Below are positions 1 through 56,090 of a stretch of DNA of 64,000 bases, in pieces. Position 1 is the stretch's first letter. Every line of letters starts with the position of its first letter. Source of the stretch: Eledone cirrhosa. Its lineage: Eukaryota. Made by a program: the position numbers and the translations under genes. The stretch is from NCBI GenBank assembly GCA_964016885.1, contig OZ024756.1:27900001-27964000 (forward strand). The letters are read 5' to 3'. The notes under the pieces are model-generated. The model saw only the letters and a program-made list of their open reading frames with translations, searched no databases and was not told the DNA's origin.

Positions 1-345
1 TGGGTTAGGTTTAGGGTTGGGGTAATGTTTAGGGTTTAGTTTTAGGGTTGGGGTAAAGTTTAGTTTTAGGGTTGGGGTAATGTTTAGGGTTGGGGTAAAG
101 TTTAGGGTTTAATTTTAGGTTTGGGGTAAAGTTTAGGGTTTAGTTTTAGGTTTGGGGTAAAGTTTAGGGTTTAGTTTTAGGGTTGGGGTAATGTTTAGGG
201 TTTAGTTTTATGGTTGGGGTATAGTTTAGGGTTTAGTTTAAGGGTTAGGGTAATGTTTAGATTTAGATTTAGCTTGGTTTGGTTTAGATTTAGAGTTTAG
301 GGTTGGGGCTAGATTTAATTTTATGTTTAATTTAGTTTTAGTTTC
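1..345 (+). repeat. Degenerate telomere-like (TTAGGG-related) satellite
   Basis: About 30-bp units such as tttagggttggggtaaagtttagggtttagt. Confidence 0.8.
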
Positions 346-687
346 CAAATCCCAGGAAAAAAAAATTGATTCAGAGCAACTAAAAGGTCAGATTAGTTGA
401 TAGCACTCAAAAGGAGACCGAAGAAAAATCATTAGGGTATAAATCTACAAAACGACAATGGTTTTTCCACCTGCTTTACCCCTCCTTTTTTCTAGAACAA
501 CTAATCATTTCCAACTGGTTTGGAGGTCATATTCGTTGATAACATACGAAAAATCTTTGAGAAAACTCTGGGGTTAAATGAGAGAAGTGCATCCACCTAA
601 GTTTTCCATGAAGAGAGAGTCAATAACAAACATCTTGGAGATCAGATTAGTTGATAACACATGAAAAAAAAGATGAGGAAAAAATGT

Positions 688-1015
688 TGGGTGTTATATG
701 GTGTGGAGTAGTGTGGTGTGTTTTTATGTGGAGTAGTGTGGTGTGTTGTAGTGAGGCGTGGTGTGTTGTGTTGTAGTGAGGAGTGGTCTGTTGTGTTGTG
801 GTGTTATGTGGTGTGTTGTAGTGAGGAGTGGTGTGTTGTGTTGTAGTGAGGAGTGGTGTGTTGTGGTGTGGAGTAGTGTGGTGTGATGTAGAGTGGTGTG
901 ATGTAGTGAGGAGTGGTGTGTTGTGGTGTGTTTTTATGTGGAGTGGAGTAGCGTGGTGTGATATAGTGAGGCGTGGAGTGTTGTGTTGTGGTGTTATGTG
1001 GTGTTGAGTAGTGTT
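688..1015. repeat. GT-rich low-complexity repeat
   Basis: Degenerate gtggtgtgtt / gtagtgagga units. Confidence 0.85.
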
Positions 1016-1419
1016 AAGGGCCACCTATATTTTCATTTAAGTTAACTCCACTGTTGGTGAAAATGACTTGTTTTAACCATAACTATGAAAATATAGTTCA
1101 TGGTATTAGCTGTCAGAAGTAACTCCACTGTTGATAAAAATTCATTTAAGTTCATGGTATTAGCTGTCAGAAGTAACTCCACTGTTGGTGAAAATGACTT
1201 GTTTTCTACATTGATAACCATGACTAAATCCAATTTATTTGATAACCATGACTTGTTTTCTAATTAACTTAAATGTTTTCTAATTTGGCCCTTTTAAGGG
1301 CCACCTATATTTTCATTTAAGTAACTCCACTTACGCGTGGTAGTAATACGGAAATAAACGATGTTTTGCTTTCATCGGCTGCTTCGACTGACAGCTAATA
1401 GCGTTGTAGTGCCAATCTT

Positions 1420-1558
1420 TCTAATTTCTCATTCTTTCTTCTGATGAAGGAGTAGTGTCCGAAACATTAAGACCCTCTTCCTGCTATTTCAAGCGTTAAC
1501 CTAATATATTCCTTCCATATACTGTACCGATTGTGTTGTTATTTCTGTTTACCTTTTA
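1420..1558 (+). mobile_element. Penelope-like terminal-repeat-derived element with a minimal hammerhead motif (1437-1472)
   Basis: TCTT-CTGATGA-A-GGAGTAGTGTCC-GAAACATT-AAGA; same family at 22735-22950, 34930-35150, 23275-23560 and 58225-58520. Confidence 0.65.
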
Positions 1559-1744
1559 TATATATATATATACACACACACACATATATGTGTGTGTGTG
1601 TGTGTGTGTGTGTTCTCAAAACAACTGTCTACACACATCCTGGTCCACAAACACAAAAGAGCTTTCTGTGGCCGCTTATATAAGAATATTTTATACATAT
1701 ATACATTTAGTATTTCAAGGTATTTTCATGGAGGAAGTATAATA

Positions 1745-2410
1745 CATACACACACACACACATACATCACAATACACTACACATACATACATACACATCA
1801 CAATACACTACACATACATACATACACATCACAATACACTACACATACATACACAACTTTCTCGTCCCCCACCCCCACCGCCCACGCACATAACATTCAT
1901 ACACCGGTAACAATGTCAAGCACTTCCACCACAAACACTACTTCCCCCACTGTCACCGCTACTTCCCACCACCACTACCACTACTTCACACTACCACTGT
2001 CACCACTACCTCCCACCACCACCACTACCTTCCCCCACCGTCAACACTACTTTCCTAACCACCACCAACACTACCCCCACCCTAACCACTACTAGCCTCC
2101 CCACGCACCACCACCATGACCTCCACTTCCCCTACCACCGCCACCACCACCACTACTTCCCCCCCACCATCTCCACTTCTATTCTTCACCTACACCACTG
2201 TGATCTCCACTTCCCCTACCACCATCATCACTACTACTACCCACCACCAACACCACCACCACAACTACTATCTCCCACCACCACCACCACCGTCATAGAC
2301 ACACAGACCCCACCACCAGTCGGACACACAGACCCCACCACCAGTCGGACACACAGACCCCCACCACCAGTCAGACATACAGACCCCACCACCAGTCAGA
2401 CACATACACA
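1745..2410. repeat. CA/CAC-rich simple repeats plus short ggacacacagaccccaccaccagtc tandem
   Basis: Direct inspection. Confidence 0.85.
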
Positions 2411-3148
2411 CATAGGTGTTGTGACCCGGGATTATATTATATGTTGTCGTAATGCAGGTGGCGAGGGCGAGAGCAAAAGCGAGGGCAAATGGACGTGTTG
2501 ATGACGTTGGTAACGAAATAAAGGTAGGCGAGATGTTATTGTTATTGCTTCCAATAGGCTATGTAGCCGGTAAACCCTAAAGGGACGCAACACACATCGC
2601 TATAGCGTTTCACCAGCCCCTTCCTTCTGTAGTCTGCATCTGTTTATGTATTTACGTGTAGATGTAGATGTGTGTGTGTGTGTGTAAATAATGGACGACT
2701 AAATGATTTTAACTTGTTTTTTAACTTGTTTTTTAACAATTGATGATGGAAAACTTTTTCAAATTGTCTTAACTGTTGTCTTAACTCGGGCCGCAACTCA
2801 TGGTGTCTGACACTCTTACCGGCTACATAGCCTCTTCCTTGTTTGGCTAAATTACGTATACCTGTTAATTTATCCATGATGTCGTCTGCTTTGTAATTTT
2901 AATCGGCTGGATTTGAATTCAAAATGCTATACTATCCAGCTCGAAGTGAACGGCGAGGGAACAGCGTTTATTTACAGGCTCATTTGGCCTGCTAGAAATA
3001 GAAGTCAAATCTTCCATCAAAACAATCTCCCACGTCTTACTATAAGGAAGGACACTGTGTAGTCCTATCCACCACTAAACGGTGGACATGGCTGGAACAT
3101 CTTTCATCATATTATATAATGCTGTGTGTATGTATGTGTGTATGTATG

Positions 3149-3183
<35 letters not shown>

Positions 3184-3231
3184 ATGTATGTGTGTATGTA
3201 TGTAGGTATGAATGTATGAGTGTATGTAGAT

Positions 3232-3281
<50 letters not shown>

Positions 3282-3392
3282 CGAAGGAAATGTGGTAAGG
3301 AACCAGATGGACCATAACGCACCAAAGTACTCAATACTTAGGATAGTAGAGTGGGTAATAGGAACAAGTATGACCCCGACGGCATACTTGTT

Positions 3393-3454
<62 letters not shown>

Positions 3455-3871
3455 TATCTATGGTTGTATCTATGTATGTGCGTATGTATGTATGTATCTA
3501 TATATGTATGTAATCGTTAAAGTCATCGCTAGGCAATCGATAGACATGTAGATCGAATCCGGTCAAGGTGATTGCTGCTGCTGCTGTTTATCAAATGTAA
3601 TCAATCAGAATGACAATTCAAAGAAATCCCAAGACGTAACTACTCAGTGTTTTTTATAAATCTTCCTAACACTATATTCATTTGTAAATACTACATTCAA
3701 ACTTTATATTTGTGATGCGAATAGTAACGTGCAGAGGGGGCGACGGTGCGTTGCTTCCGGGCATCCTTTGGATGGGAGGGGGGGGGGGGGCATCGTTTGG
3801 AGAAAGGAACTTAATAAATTTGATTGATTTATATTAAAATCGAATAAAGCGTTTATTTCATGTTTCACCTT

Positions 3872-4331
3872 AGGCCCTATACTTGAGTCTTTGGGACATA
3901 CAATCAAGATTTGCCCAGGGCATGGCCTTATACTTGAATCTTTGAAGCATACATTCAAGATTTGCCCCGGGCATGGCCTTATACTTGACTCTTTGAAGCA
4001 TACAATCAAGATTTGCCCCGGGCATGGCCTTATACTTGACTCTTTGAAGCATACAATCAAGATTTGCCCCGGGCATGGCCTTATACTTGACTCTTTGAAG
4101 CATACAATCAAGATTTGCCCCGGGCATGGCCTTATACTTGACTCTTTGAAGCATACAATCAAGATTTGCCCCGGGCATGGCCTTATACTTGACTCTTTGA
4201 AGCATACAATCAAGATTTGCCCCGGGCATGGCCTTATACTTGACTCTTTGAAGCATACAATCAAGATTTGCCCCGGGCATGGCCTTATACTTGACTCTTT
4301 GAAGCATACAATCAAGATTTGCCCCGGGCAT
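3872..4331. repeat. 51-bp minisatellite, about 9 copies
   Basis: Unit catggccttatacttgactctttgaagcatacaatcaagatttgccccggg. Confidence 0.95.
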
Positions 4332-5061
4332 CACCAGAGCTCTGTACGCCGGAGGTTTCGAAATAATCATATTCTTTTTTCCTTTTTGCTGAAGTGAAGT
4401 AAAGTTTTTTGGGGGGCGGAGGGGTTAATATATTCGTTGATAACTTTGATAGGTTTCGGTGAGTATTGGCCCAGGCCATCTCTAACTTAATACCACCATA
4501 TAATAATTGTTTCTGCTTTTGGCATAAGGCCAGTGATCTATACAATAGATGCACCCAGTACACCCTGTAAAGTGGTTGGTGATAGGAAGGGCGTCCTGCT
4601 GTGGAAACCATGTCAACGGGTTGAGAGCACCTTTCAGTTTTGTCAACGGAACAACAGCCTCTATAGTAATCTATACAATAGATGCACCCAGTACATCCTG
4701 TAAAGTGGTTGGTGATAGGAAGGGCATCTTGCTGTAGGAAGCATGTGTGTGCATATGTGTGTTTGTGCATATGTATGTTTGTGCATGTACGTGCATGTGC
4801 ACCTGTGTGTTTGTGTTTGTGCATGTGCGTGTTCTGAAAAATACACTATTCCACTCTCTATGCTTGTTTTAATAATTGTTTCTACTTTTGGCACAAGGCC
4901 AGCAATTATCCCAGTTCATTACTGGTACTTTATTTTATCGACCCGGTAAGGATGAAAGGCAAAGTTAACGTCGGCAGGATTTGAACTCAGACCGCAAAGG
5001 ACCATAACTCTATGCTACAAAGCATGGCGGCCGACCCTGTACCATTACTCACAATCCAAGC

Positions 5062-5160
5062 GCTTTGTAAAATAATGAATGATCCATACCTTTGTAAAAT
5101 AATGAATGATCCATACCTTTGTAAAATAATGAATGATCCATACCTTTGTAAAATAATGAT
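5062..5160. repeat. 27-bp tandem repeat, about 3.5 copies
   Basis: ctttgtaaaataatgaatgatccatac. Confidence 0.9.
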
Positions 5161-6291
5161 CAGAGAACTTCCATTTTATTAAACAATACTGAATTGTATG
5201 TACGTGTGTCATTGTTGATAGATGATACAGAAGTGTAAAAAATTTTAAAAGGTGGTTGAATGGAGCGAGGAAGGCTCGTGTGAATGGGCCTACTCTGACG
5301 ACCATTCGTCTATAAATTGGCTAAATTTTCAGAGGTTGTGTGGTGGACAAGGCTAAAAGGATTAAAGACAGACATTATACCGAGGTTAACTTTGCCTTTC
5401 ATCCTTACGGGATGATATAATCGACATTCACATCCAGACAAAATTGTGGACCTTGTGCCTAAATCAGAAACCAAGGGCAGTGGATTGGCAGAATCGGTAG
5501 AGCGTGGGACACCATGCTTCGCAGCATAGAGTTGTGGCCCTTTACGTGCTAAGTTCAAATCCCGCCGAAGTTAGCTTTGACTTTCATCCTTACGGGGTCG
5601 ATAAAATAAAGTACCAGTAATGCACTGGGTAATTGCTTGCTGGCCTTGTGCCAAAAGTAGAAACAATTATTATTGGGGGAGATTTTTTTTTGGGGGGGGG
5701 GGGGGGGGGTCAGCGAAAAATGTTTTTGCGTAGGTCACATTGAGGCGGGAAAAGAAATAGTGAAAGACCTTTTGATAAAAGTGTTTTCTTTATATGTTTG
5801 ATTTATTTAACAGGCTACGTGCTTCTACTACCTTAAGAAAAAGTAGAGTGGCCGGGCTGGGAATGGGAAGCATTGTTCAAGGTAGCCAATTAGATATTTG
5901 TTTCTCTTTTACTTGTCTTACTCTTTTACTCTTTTACCTGTTCCAGCCATCCGGCTGAGGCCATGCTGGGGCACCGCTTTTTTTTTTTTTATCCTTTTTT
6001 CTTTTTTTTTTTTTTTCAAATCATGGTTTAGATTTTCTATGATGATTATGATGATTATGATGATAATAACTGTTTCTATTTTTGGCACAAGGCCAGCAAT
6101 TACCCCAGTGCATTACTGGTATTTTATTTTATCGACTCCGTAAGGATAAAAGGCAAAGTTAACCTCGGCGAGATTTGAACTCAGACCGTAAAGGGCCGTA
6201 ACTCTGTGCTGGAAAGCATGGCATCCGACGCTCTACTGGTACTGCCAATCCACCTGATGATAATGATGGTAATGATGATCATGATGATATG

Positions 6292-6725
6292 CAGGTTGTA
6301 TCAAAAAGAATCATCCGATTTCAACAGACTGAAAGACATGTAAAAATTGAATATAACTTAATAAACATATCCCTCTATCTATCTATCTAAGGCGGGTAAA
6401 ATTCCCGAGATCCATGGACGAGTTCTCTCCAGCGGTCTCTGTCCCTCATTATCGCCGACATCCAGAGTTGACATTGCACTCAGTGCTCCTTTGGGAGCCC
6501 CTACATGGACACACTAGAAGAGGAAGACCAAGGTTAACGTATGTTGATGCCCTAAGGACAGACACTGGTCTTTTGGAGACGCAGGATAAACATATATAAA
6601 AGTTATAAAAAGGAATTAAAACTTTATATTTGGGCATGTATTGTACAAGTTACCGCATGATTATATGGTCATTTCTTTAAAAAATATAGCCTTTTGAAAT
6701 CGGATGATTTATTTTGATACACTCT
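6292..6725. mobile_element. Tc1/mariner-type MITE interrupted by an RTE insertion
   Basis: Imperfect TIRs gtatcaaaaagaatcatccgatttcaa / ttgaaatcggatgatttattttgatac. Confidence 0.55.
6371..6585 (-). mobile_element. RTE LINE 3' fragment with 5' inversion and 10-bp TSD
   Basis: LLWEPLHGHTRRGRPRLTYVDAL; TSD ataaacatat at 6361-6370 and 6586-6595; colinear copy at 10470-10597. Confidence 0.75.
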
Positions 6726-7011
6726 ATATTCTGGTGGGTTGGCACAATCGTTAGAGAACCTAGGAGTTGATACCTTGTGAAAAATCAATATTTTTTCTAG
6801 GTTGTCTCTTTTTTTTTTAAAACCAGAATTAGTCGTTTAGTTTACATATTAAGGGCCCCACCCACGGTGATAACCATTATTCAACTGCGATGACCTCATC
6901 AGACAGCTACAGCTAGAAATTGAACAGAAAAAACCCCCAGAAAAACATAATGATGGAACAAAGTTTACCTCTGTTATTCCGATCTTTGGACATGCCCAGT
7001 CCCGAAGTGTA

Positions 7012-7055
<44 letters not shown>

Positions 7056-8647
7056 CGATGTGTGTGTGTGTCTATGTCGATGTGTGTGTGTGTGTGTGTG
7101 TCTATGTCGATATGTGTGTGTGTGCGTGTCTGTGTGTGTCTTTGTCTACGTATATGGCTGTGTGTGTGTGCATATGTCTGTATGTGTGTGTGTGTATGTC
7201 TATATATGTGTGTGTGCGTGTGTGTGTGTGTCTGTGTGTATACATGCCAAATTCAACTCTGGACTCAGAATGTAAAGGGGGACTACCCTGCACTGGCTTC
7301 CAACCCGGAAACATGTGGTTGCATAACGAATTTCTTAACCACATAGTGTTGCTTGTTCATAACTAACGAAGATCGCAGTCTGTATTTAGGGTTTTGCTTG
7401 TATAATGTTCTCTGGGAGATCAGTCTCTCTGGTATTATTAATCTCTTGTATACGTGGCACCTAGCAACCATTTCTACGTTCGTAGTGAATCAAGATCAGT
7501 GTATTACAAGATTAACTCTCTTTCGGGGCAGCGATTAATTGCATCTAAATACTTTTACTGGCGCCAGAAATGACTATTTAATGTTGTGATAGGCGTATGT
7601 GTGTTCTGTACATGTGTATAGAGAGTGTGGGTGTGTGAGTGACAGCTCACACCTATGCAGGTTTAGCTGGCCTTCTCCAAAGTATATCTCGTCGGAGGTG
7701 TCTTGGGTGATTTAATGATAGGGACCCCAGTCTCTATCATCTCATTTCTACAGCTGAGTAAACTGGAGCAACTTGAAATAAAGTGTCTTGCTCAAGGAAA
7801 CACCACATTACCCAGTCCGAGAATTCAACTCACAACCTTTCGATTGCAAGCCCAATGCTCTAACCACTATGCCATGTGCCTTTATATAAAGGGTGTCTCT
7901 GTGAATGTATGAGGGCTGGCTGAAAAGTTCATTGGCTGACCAAGGTACTCTCATGGAATGACCAAATGAGGTTTATTTTTTAACATAGTCCCAGGAAAGG
8001 AACAATGCAGTTATTAATAAAAAGCTGGTCATTCTTTCGCTTAAGGGACGTCACTGACCCTTATCATTCCAGCAAGGCCCCATCCACACAGCATGTAATT
8101 CTTGTTTATTTGTCGCTACGTACATTAGTTGGTATCATCATCATCATCATTTTACGTCTGCTTTTCCCTGCTTGCAAGGGTGGGACGGGAACTGATTCTG
8201 GCTTGATTTCTACAGCTGGATGCCCTTCCTAACACCAACCTCATTTACAGTGAGTGCTGGGTGCTTTTTTTCAGTGGCACCTACACGTCCACTTTACAGT
8301 GTGGGCTGGGTGCTTTTTTTCAGTGGCACCTACACGTCCAATTTACAGTGTGGGCTGGGTGCTTTTTTGCCATGGCATCTCCACAACCACTTTGCAGTGG
8401 AATGATAGGGACCCAGTCCTATCATCTCATTTCTACAGCTGAGTAAACTGGAGCAATGTGAAATAAAGTGTCTTGCTCAAGGAAACAACACATCACCCAG
8501 TCTGAGAATTGAACTCACAACCTTTCGGTTATATATATATATCTATATATATATATCTATATATTTATACATATATATATTTATATATATATATTTATAT
8601 ATATATATATATATATTTATATACGTATATATATATATTTATATATA

Positions 8648-9080
8648 TCATCATCATCATCATTTTACATCCGCTCTTCCCTGCTTGCAAGGGTGGGATG
8701 GCTCTTATTCAGCACAGCATCTTTCCACTTGTCATGGTCCTTTGTCATCTCTACCGTGAGCTTCAGCGATCTGAGGTCTGTTCTCACCACCTCCGCCCAT
8801 GTTTTTCGTGGTCTACCTCTACCACGTCTTCCTTCAACTGGCATTTCCTGGCACTTCTTTACCCATCGGCCATCCTCCATGCGCATCACATGTCCATACC
8901 ACCTCAGTCTCCTCTCCTGTACACTACATTCTATCCCTCTCAGACACAGTTTCTCTCTCAACACATTCATGCTGGGTCGTTCACGCACATTTACACTGCA
9001 CATCCAACGGAGCATGCTTGCCTCATTTCTCTCCAGCCGTCGCATATCCTCTGCAGTTGCTGCCCATGTCTCACTACCAT
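8648..9080 (-). mobile_element. RTE-clade LINE 3' fragment
   Basis: YGSETWA...ERRLRWYGHVMRM...RGRGRPRKTW, ending in a (GAT)n tail. Confidence 0.9.
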
Positions 9081-9085
9081 ATATA

Positions 9086-9144
<59 letters not shown>

Positions 9145-9213
9145 ATTTATACACATATTTTCCATACTTTTTTACCCTTCCTCTCATTGGTATTCTCTGT
9201 ATATATTTTTCAG

Positions 9214-39261
<30,048 letters not shown>

Positions 39262-40069
39262 AGAGTTATATATGATAGGAACTAATGGAAAGACTTGAAG
39301 GTAAAGATTTCAATTGCCCTTCTTTCAAAAAGGGTCACACTAGTTGCATATATTATATGTGATTATTATCATCTGTATTTCATCATTTGACACTGAAATT
39401 TTGATTGTCACAGAATCAGTGATGGGTTTCTGGTGAACTGAGTTCACAGCCAGTTTCTAACCTCCTCATTGGTGACACTTCAGTTCAGTGGCCCTGTTAA
39501 TTCCTTTAGGGATGATGTTAAAATGTCTTAAGTTCTATTTTCTTTTCTTCAGAATCAAGATGGCTTACCCATTTCTATCCATAAATGATTAATTACAAAA
39601 AAGAAAAAAATATAAATTAAAAAAGTCACAGTCCAAAAGAAACTAGTGGTGGTCTGCACCAGGAAAAATCATTAAATAAAGATCGCAAATATGAATAGAT
39701 TTCTATGCTGTGGTAAAGATGTGAACGTTTTGGGTAGAGCCCTTCTTCAAAGAATATAATAAGGGTTTGCTTTCTCTTTTTTTGTATAATGCAAAATAAA
39801 TATCCTTGAAGCATAACATTATCAGTAAACATTTCATTTTTTTTTTCTAAAAAGAGGCCTTTCACAAGAACTCAGAATTCTGGTTTCCATCACAGCATAT
39901 AAATTTAATCTTATTTGAAAAAATAATATAAGCTTTTAATGTTTGATTATTTCACCTACATGTGTGTGTGTGTGTGGGGGGGGGGGGGGCCCATGCTGGG
40001 GCATCATGTTCAAGGGTTTGAACTCAAATAACAATAATAATAATAAATACATATATATATATATATAAA

Positions 40070-40075
40070 TTTATT
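40070..40075 (-). promoter_or_regulatory. Candidate TMEM208 polyadenylation signal AATAAA
   Basis: tttatt on +, about 137 nt downstream of the TMEM208 stop codon. Confidence 0.4.
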
Positions 40076-40211
40076 TACTTATATCAGCATAATTTAGACA
40101 TGCTTGTCATACACTCCATATATATGTGTGTCTGTGTCTGTGAATGTATAAGTGTACCTGTGTGTTTGTGTAAGCATATGTGTGTAAGGATGTATATGTC
40201 CAGCATTATTG

Positions 40212-52547
<12,336 letters not shown>

Positions 52548-55500
52548 TGGAATTTCATGTACCAGTTTAAATCCAATCAATAGTTCTTACAAAAGCATAA
52601 ACAACGAAACCAGAAAATTCTTATAAAATATTTATAAAAATCTTAAATATTACGTGGCCGAGTAAGGCAAAAGAAACCGTCCAAAACAACCCCTATTATC
52701 TTAAGGGAAAAAAAGATTAATAGACTATATATATATATATATGAATTATATATATATGAATTACCAACAAATTGAATATCCCTTCTGCTTATATATATAT
52801 TATATATATATATATATATTAACACACACTCACATATATATATATAGATAGATATAAATAAATGATTAAAACCCTACCGGCATCTTTTTGTTTATTCCGA
52901 TTGTATATCTCAGCAAGATCTACCAGATATACACAGTTTAAACGTGGTAGTAATTGTAATGTAGTTACTGCTTGCCAGCTAACAGTGAAGAGGGTAAAGC
53001 GAATAAGGAACCTGTTTACACAGATAGGACAACTGAAGGGAGCTAACTGCAGCCTTATACTTTACCAATAGCCAAGCGGCTTGATTGATTTATCTTAAAC
53101 TTTCTTAGTCAAAATCCAATTTGATAATAAAAATAATAAAAAAAAAATATTGGTCATTGAATAGAATCCAACGTCATGCATTATAGTTTGTTGTTGAATT
53201 CATATCGATCGCAGAAAGAGAAGAAAAATAAAGATAACATTATTTAGCGGCTAATTGAATGGAAAGAGGGAAGCGGAACTAGAGTATATTTCGAACAGAT
53301 ATGGGAATAATAAAGGGAGCTAACTGCAACCGTACATAACGCCAATATGGTTCGTGCAAAGAAGGGAACAGCATCCGAATTTCTTTCGAATCACACCCTA
53401 CTTTCTTAAAAAAGAAAGACATTGGATAATGTATTTTAAGGTTATAACTTGGATAGCATTTGACGATTCGTCTGCTAGATGAAATCTGTCCTGGAACTAA
53501 ACACCGCTCTTTAGATTGTTTCCAACTCACACGAAACCATCATGGATTTATCATACGGAACTGTTAATTTTTAAATGTATATCGTTATATCAAAACATTC
53601 CAATTCAATGAAAATTTAGAATATGTTATTAAGTATTGTTCTAAATATAAGCTCCTCCTCGTCTTCTTCGCCCACTTATTCCTGGGACAGTTATGGGGGG
53701 AGGGGGCAGAGTCCTTAAATACTCCTTCCAGCAAGTCATGTCAGAAGCAACCATCTCCAATTGACCCATATTGGATTCCCATGGGAGACCAGCTGAGCTC
53801 GTGGTTGTTATCCAACCATCTTGCCCTGAGGGTCAATTTAACCCCTGAGTCTCCTGTCGGCTGGTTTTGCCTGTTAAATCTGTCCAGCGATTTTTTCCTG
53901 AGACATTCTAAACACATATAAGCCTACTAGCAAAAACTTAGTTATTTTATTAAATTCCTCTAAATTATAGGGATATTTTCAAAATTAACTGAAGCATATG
54001 TCCTGAAACTCACCAACATGACATCTGATATTCCCCCTCCATACACATGCAAGCATGTGTGTGTGTGTGTGTATTATGACTCATACACTGTTCACTTTCC
54101 TGACATTTGTAGATTACTCTATGTACTATACATGCACCTTTGATGAGTTGTAGTGCACCTGAGCACTATACACAATCATTTTTGTTATCATTATATAGGC
54201 AGTTTATTTCATTAGAAATATGCTAACGAAAGGGTTAACATACATAGGGGGGTGGGGTGAGGATTTTCGATTTATGACCCTCCTCCCCTCCCCTACACAC
54301 GCCATGAACAATGAAATCGATGTGGATGATATTTTAATTGAATAGTTGGAAGACAAAAGTTCCAGATAACCCCCAACATTCTGGGGAGGAAGAAATAGAT
54401 ATAGTGGTTGGATGTACAGATTTGTGTGAGTGAACATATAAGGTGAGGAGAGGCAAGTGAGGCTAGGGGTAATCAAGGAGAGTCAGCACAAGACCATCCC
54501 CTTCCAGGGAACAGAGGCTACTGTAGTAACAGCAGAAAAGGTAGGATGGCAGGTGGCAAGTGGTAGGAAAGTGTAGAGAGGGTGGAAATATCCATAAGTT
54601 CCCATCATAAATATATGGCTGTTGGCTCAGGCTACCAAATTAACCTTTAGGCACTTGCTCATCCTGCTAGAATTAGCAGCTACATCCCAACTGCGGTGGG
54701 AAAACCATGACTGTATCAGACAAGCTTTATCAGTCTTCTAACCATCACAAGGAATGGTTTCTGTCTATTAATACATTTGTTGACTTGTTGCCTGACAAAA
54801 TTGTTTGTTTTGTGTTCTGTGTACGATAGACAGATTTAACACTTTTGTTACTATATTTCCAAAGAAAGACACTGCCAATGATTTTCAAATAATTTTGAAA
54901 ATGATCATGAATTTGGAAGGATTTATTAACATAACTAACTTTCTCATTACTAAACTGGTGTTTGGAAAATAGCTTCACAAAATTTCTCACAAAAAATTAT
55001 GATGGAAGGCTGTTAGATAGTTATCAACACTTTAAAACAGTTTTTTTTATCACAAAACCAGAGGTGATTTGGTACTATAAGTGTTAAAAGAAGAAAGGAT
55101 ACATTGAACAATATTTAATAAAAGAAAGAAGCTGGAATGTCTTTGACCATAGATCTGACCTGGACTGAATAATGCATTGGTTCATATTTAATTCAATCTT
55201 TTTGGTTAGGAAATACAGTTTTCGTGGTATTATGAAATGTTTTTATAGCAGCTTTAGCCACTATCACCATTTTTTTTTCACCTCCTCATCCTGGTCTTCA
55301 TTTTGATAATTGAAAGTAAAGGTTGATATCTCATGGTCTAGGAACAAAATGAATGCCTGCTGGTTTTCAGTATATGCACTGTATTGACATATTACTCTAT
55401 ACAAAATGTTAGAATTGTTAAAATATTGGACAAAAGGCTTTTTATTTCGTTATGACTCTTTGTGTTTTGAATTCAAAATCAACATTACTTTTTATTTATT

Positions 55501-55759
55501 CAAGCTTGTTAAACTAGAGTACCATTGAAACACTGAAGTTGATTTACTCAGCTATACATTTTCATCAATATTTAAGACCATGTGCCCCTTGTTAAAAATT
55601 AAAATTAATCAACCAAGTTTAAATGCCTGCAATTGTATTTTGTTGTTGAATCAAATATAGTACATGCATGTTGGAGAAAGAAAAAAGGAAAAAGTGTGCA
55701 TGTTGCTGTCAAGCTCAACTAATCCCTGATCCATGAGAAGTTAACAAGCAGGCTAAATG

Positions 55760-56090
55760 GCTGATACACAAGGACGTTACGACTGGCTCTTAATGGGAAA
55801 TGGCAGCAACATATGACAAATAGATGTCTTTATGGAAACTTTCCAAAAGTCAGTAAAAAAAATCAGGTAAGGACTGTTCCTCATATCTGGTCATTGTGCG
55901 TGACACTCTGAACTGGAAGTTAGTCCTTTGGAACCCATTTCATGGAGTTGTTAGAAGAAAACACTGACAAACTTACATCGACAAACTGATTAAAAACACC
56001 AGCCTGGACTTCAACCAACCTGGACCAAGACATGTGGTGGAGTGATTTGTTGCTGTGGCTCAGGTTGAAACCAGCTAAGAAGAAGAAGAT
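55760..56090 (+). mobile_element. Degenerate RTE LINE 3' fragment
   Basis: LNGKWQQHMTNRCLYGNFPKVSKKIR..SGHC. Confidence 0.65.

Noticed and set aside
3704-4397. Repeat-protein ORFs or a CRISPR-like array
   Set aside because: Contiguous tandem units without unique spacers in eukaryotic DNA; the ORFs arise from a stop-free unit with length divisible by 3.
6850-7550. Candidate upstream formin exons
   Set aside because: Short open frames without a convincing acceptor/donor pair or recognisable homology.
55650-55870. Possible + strand exon ending in cag|gtaagg
   Set aside because: Translates as a degenerate RTE fragment with stops.
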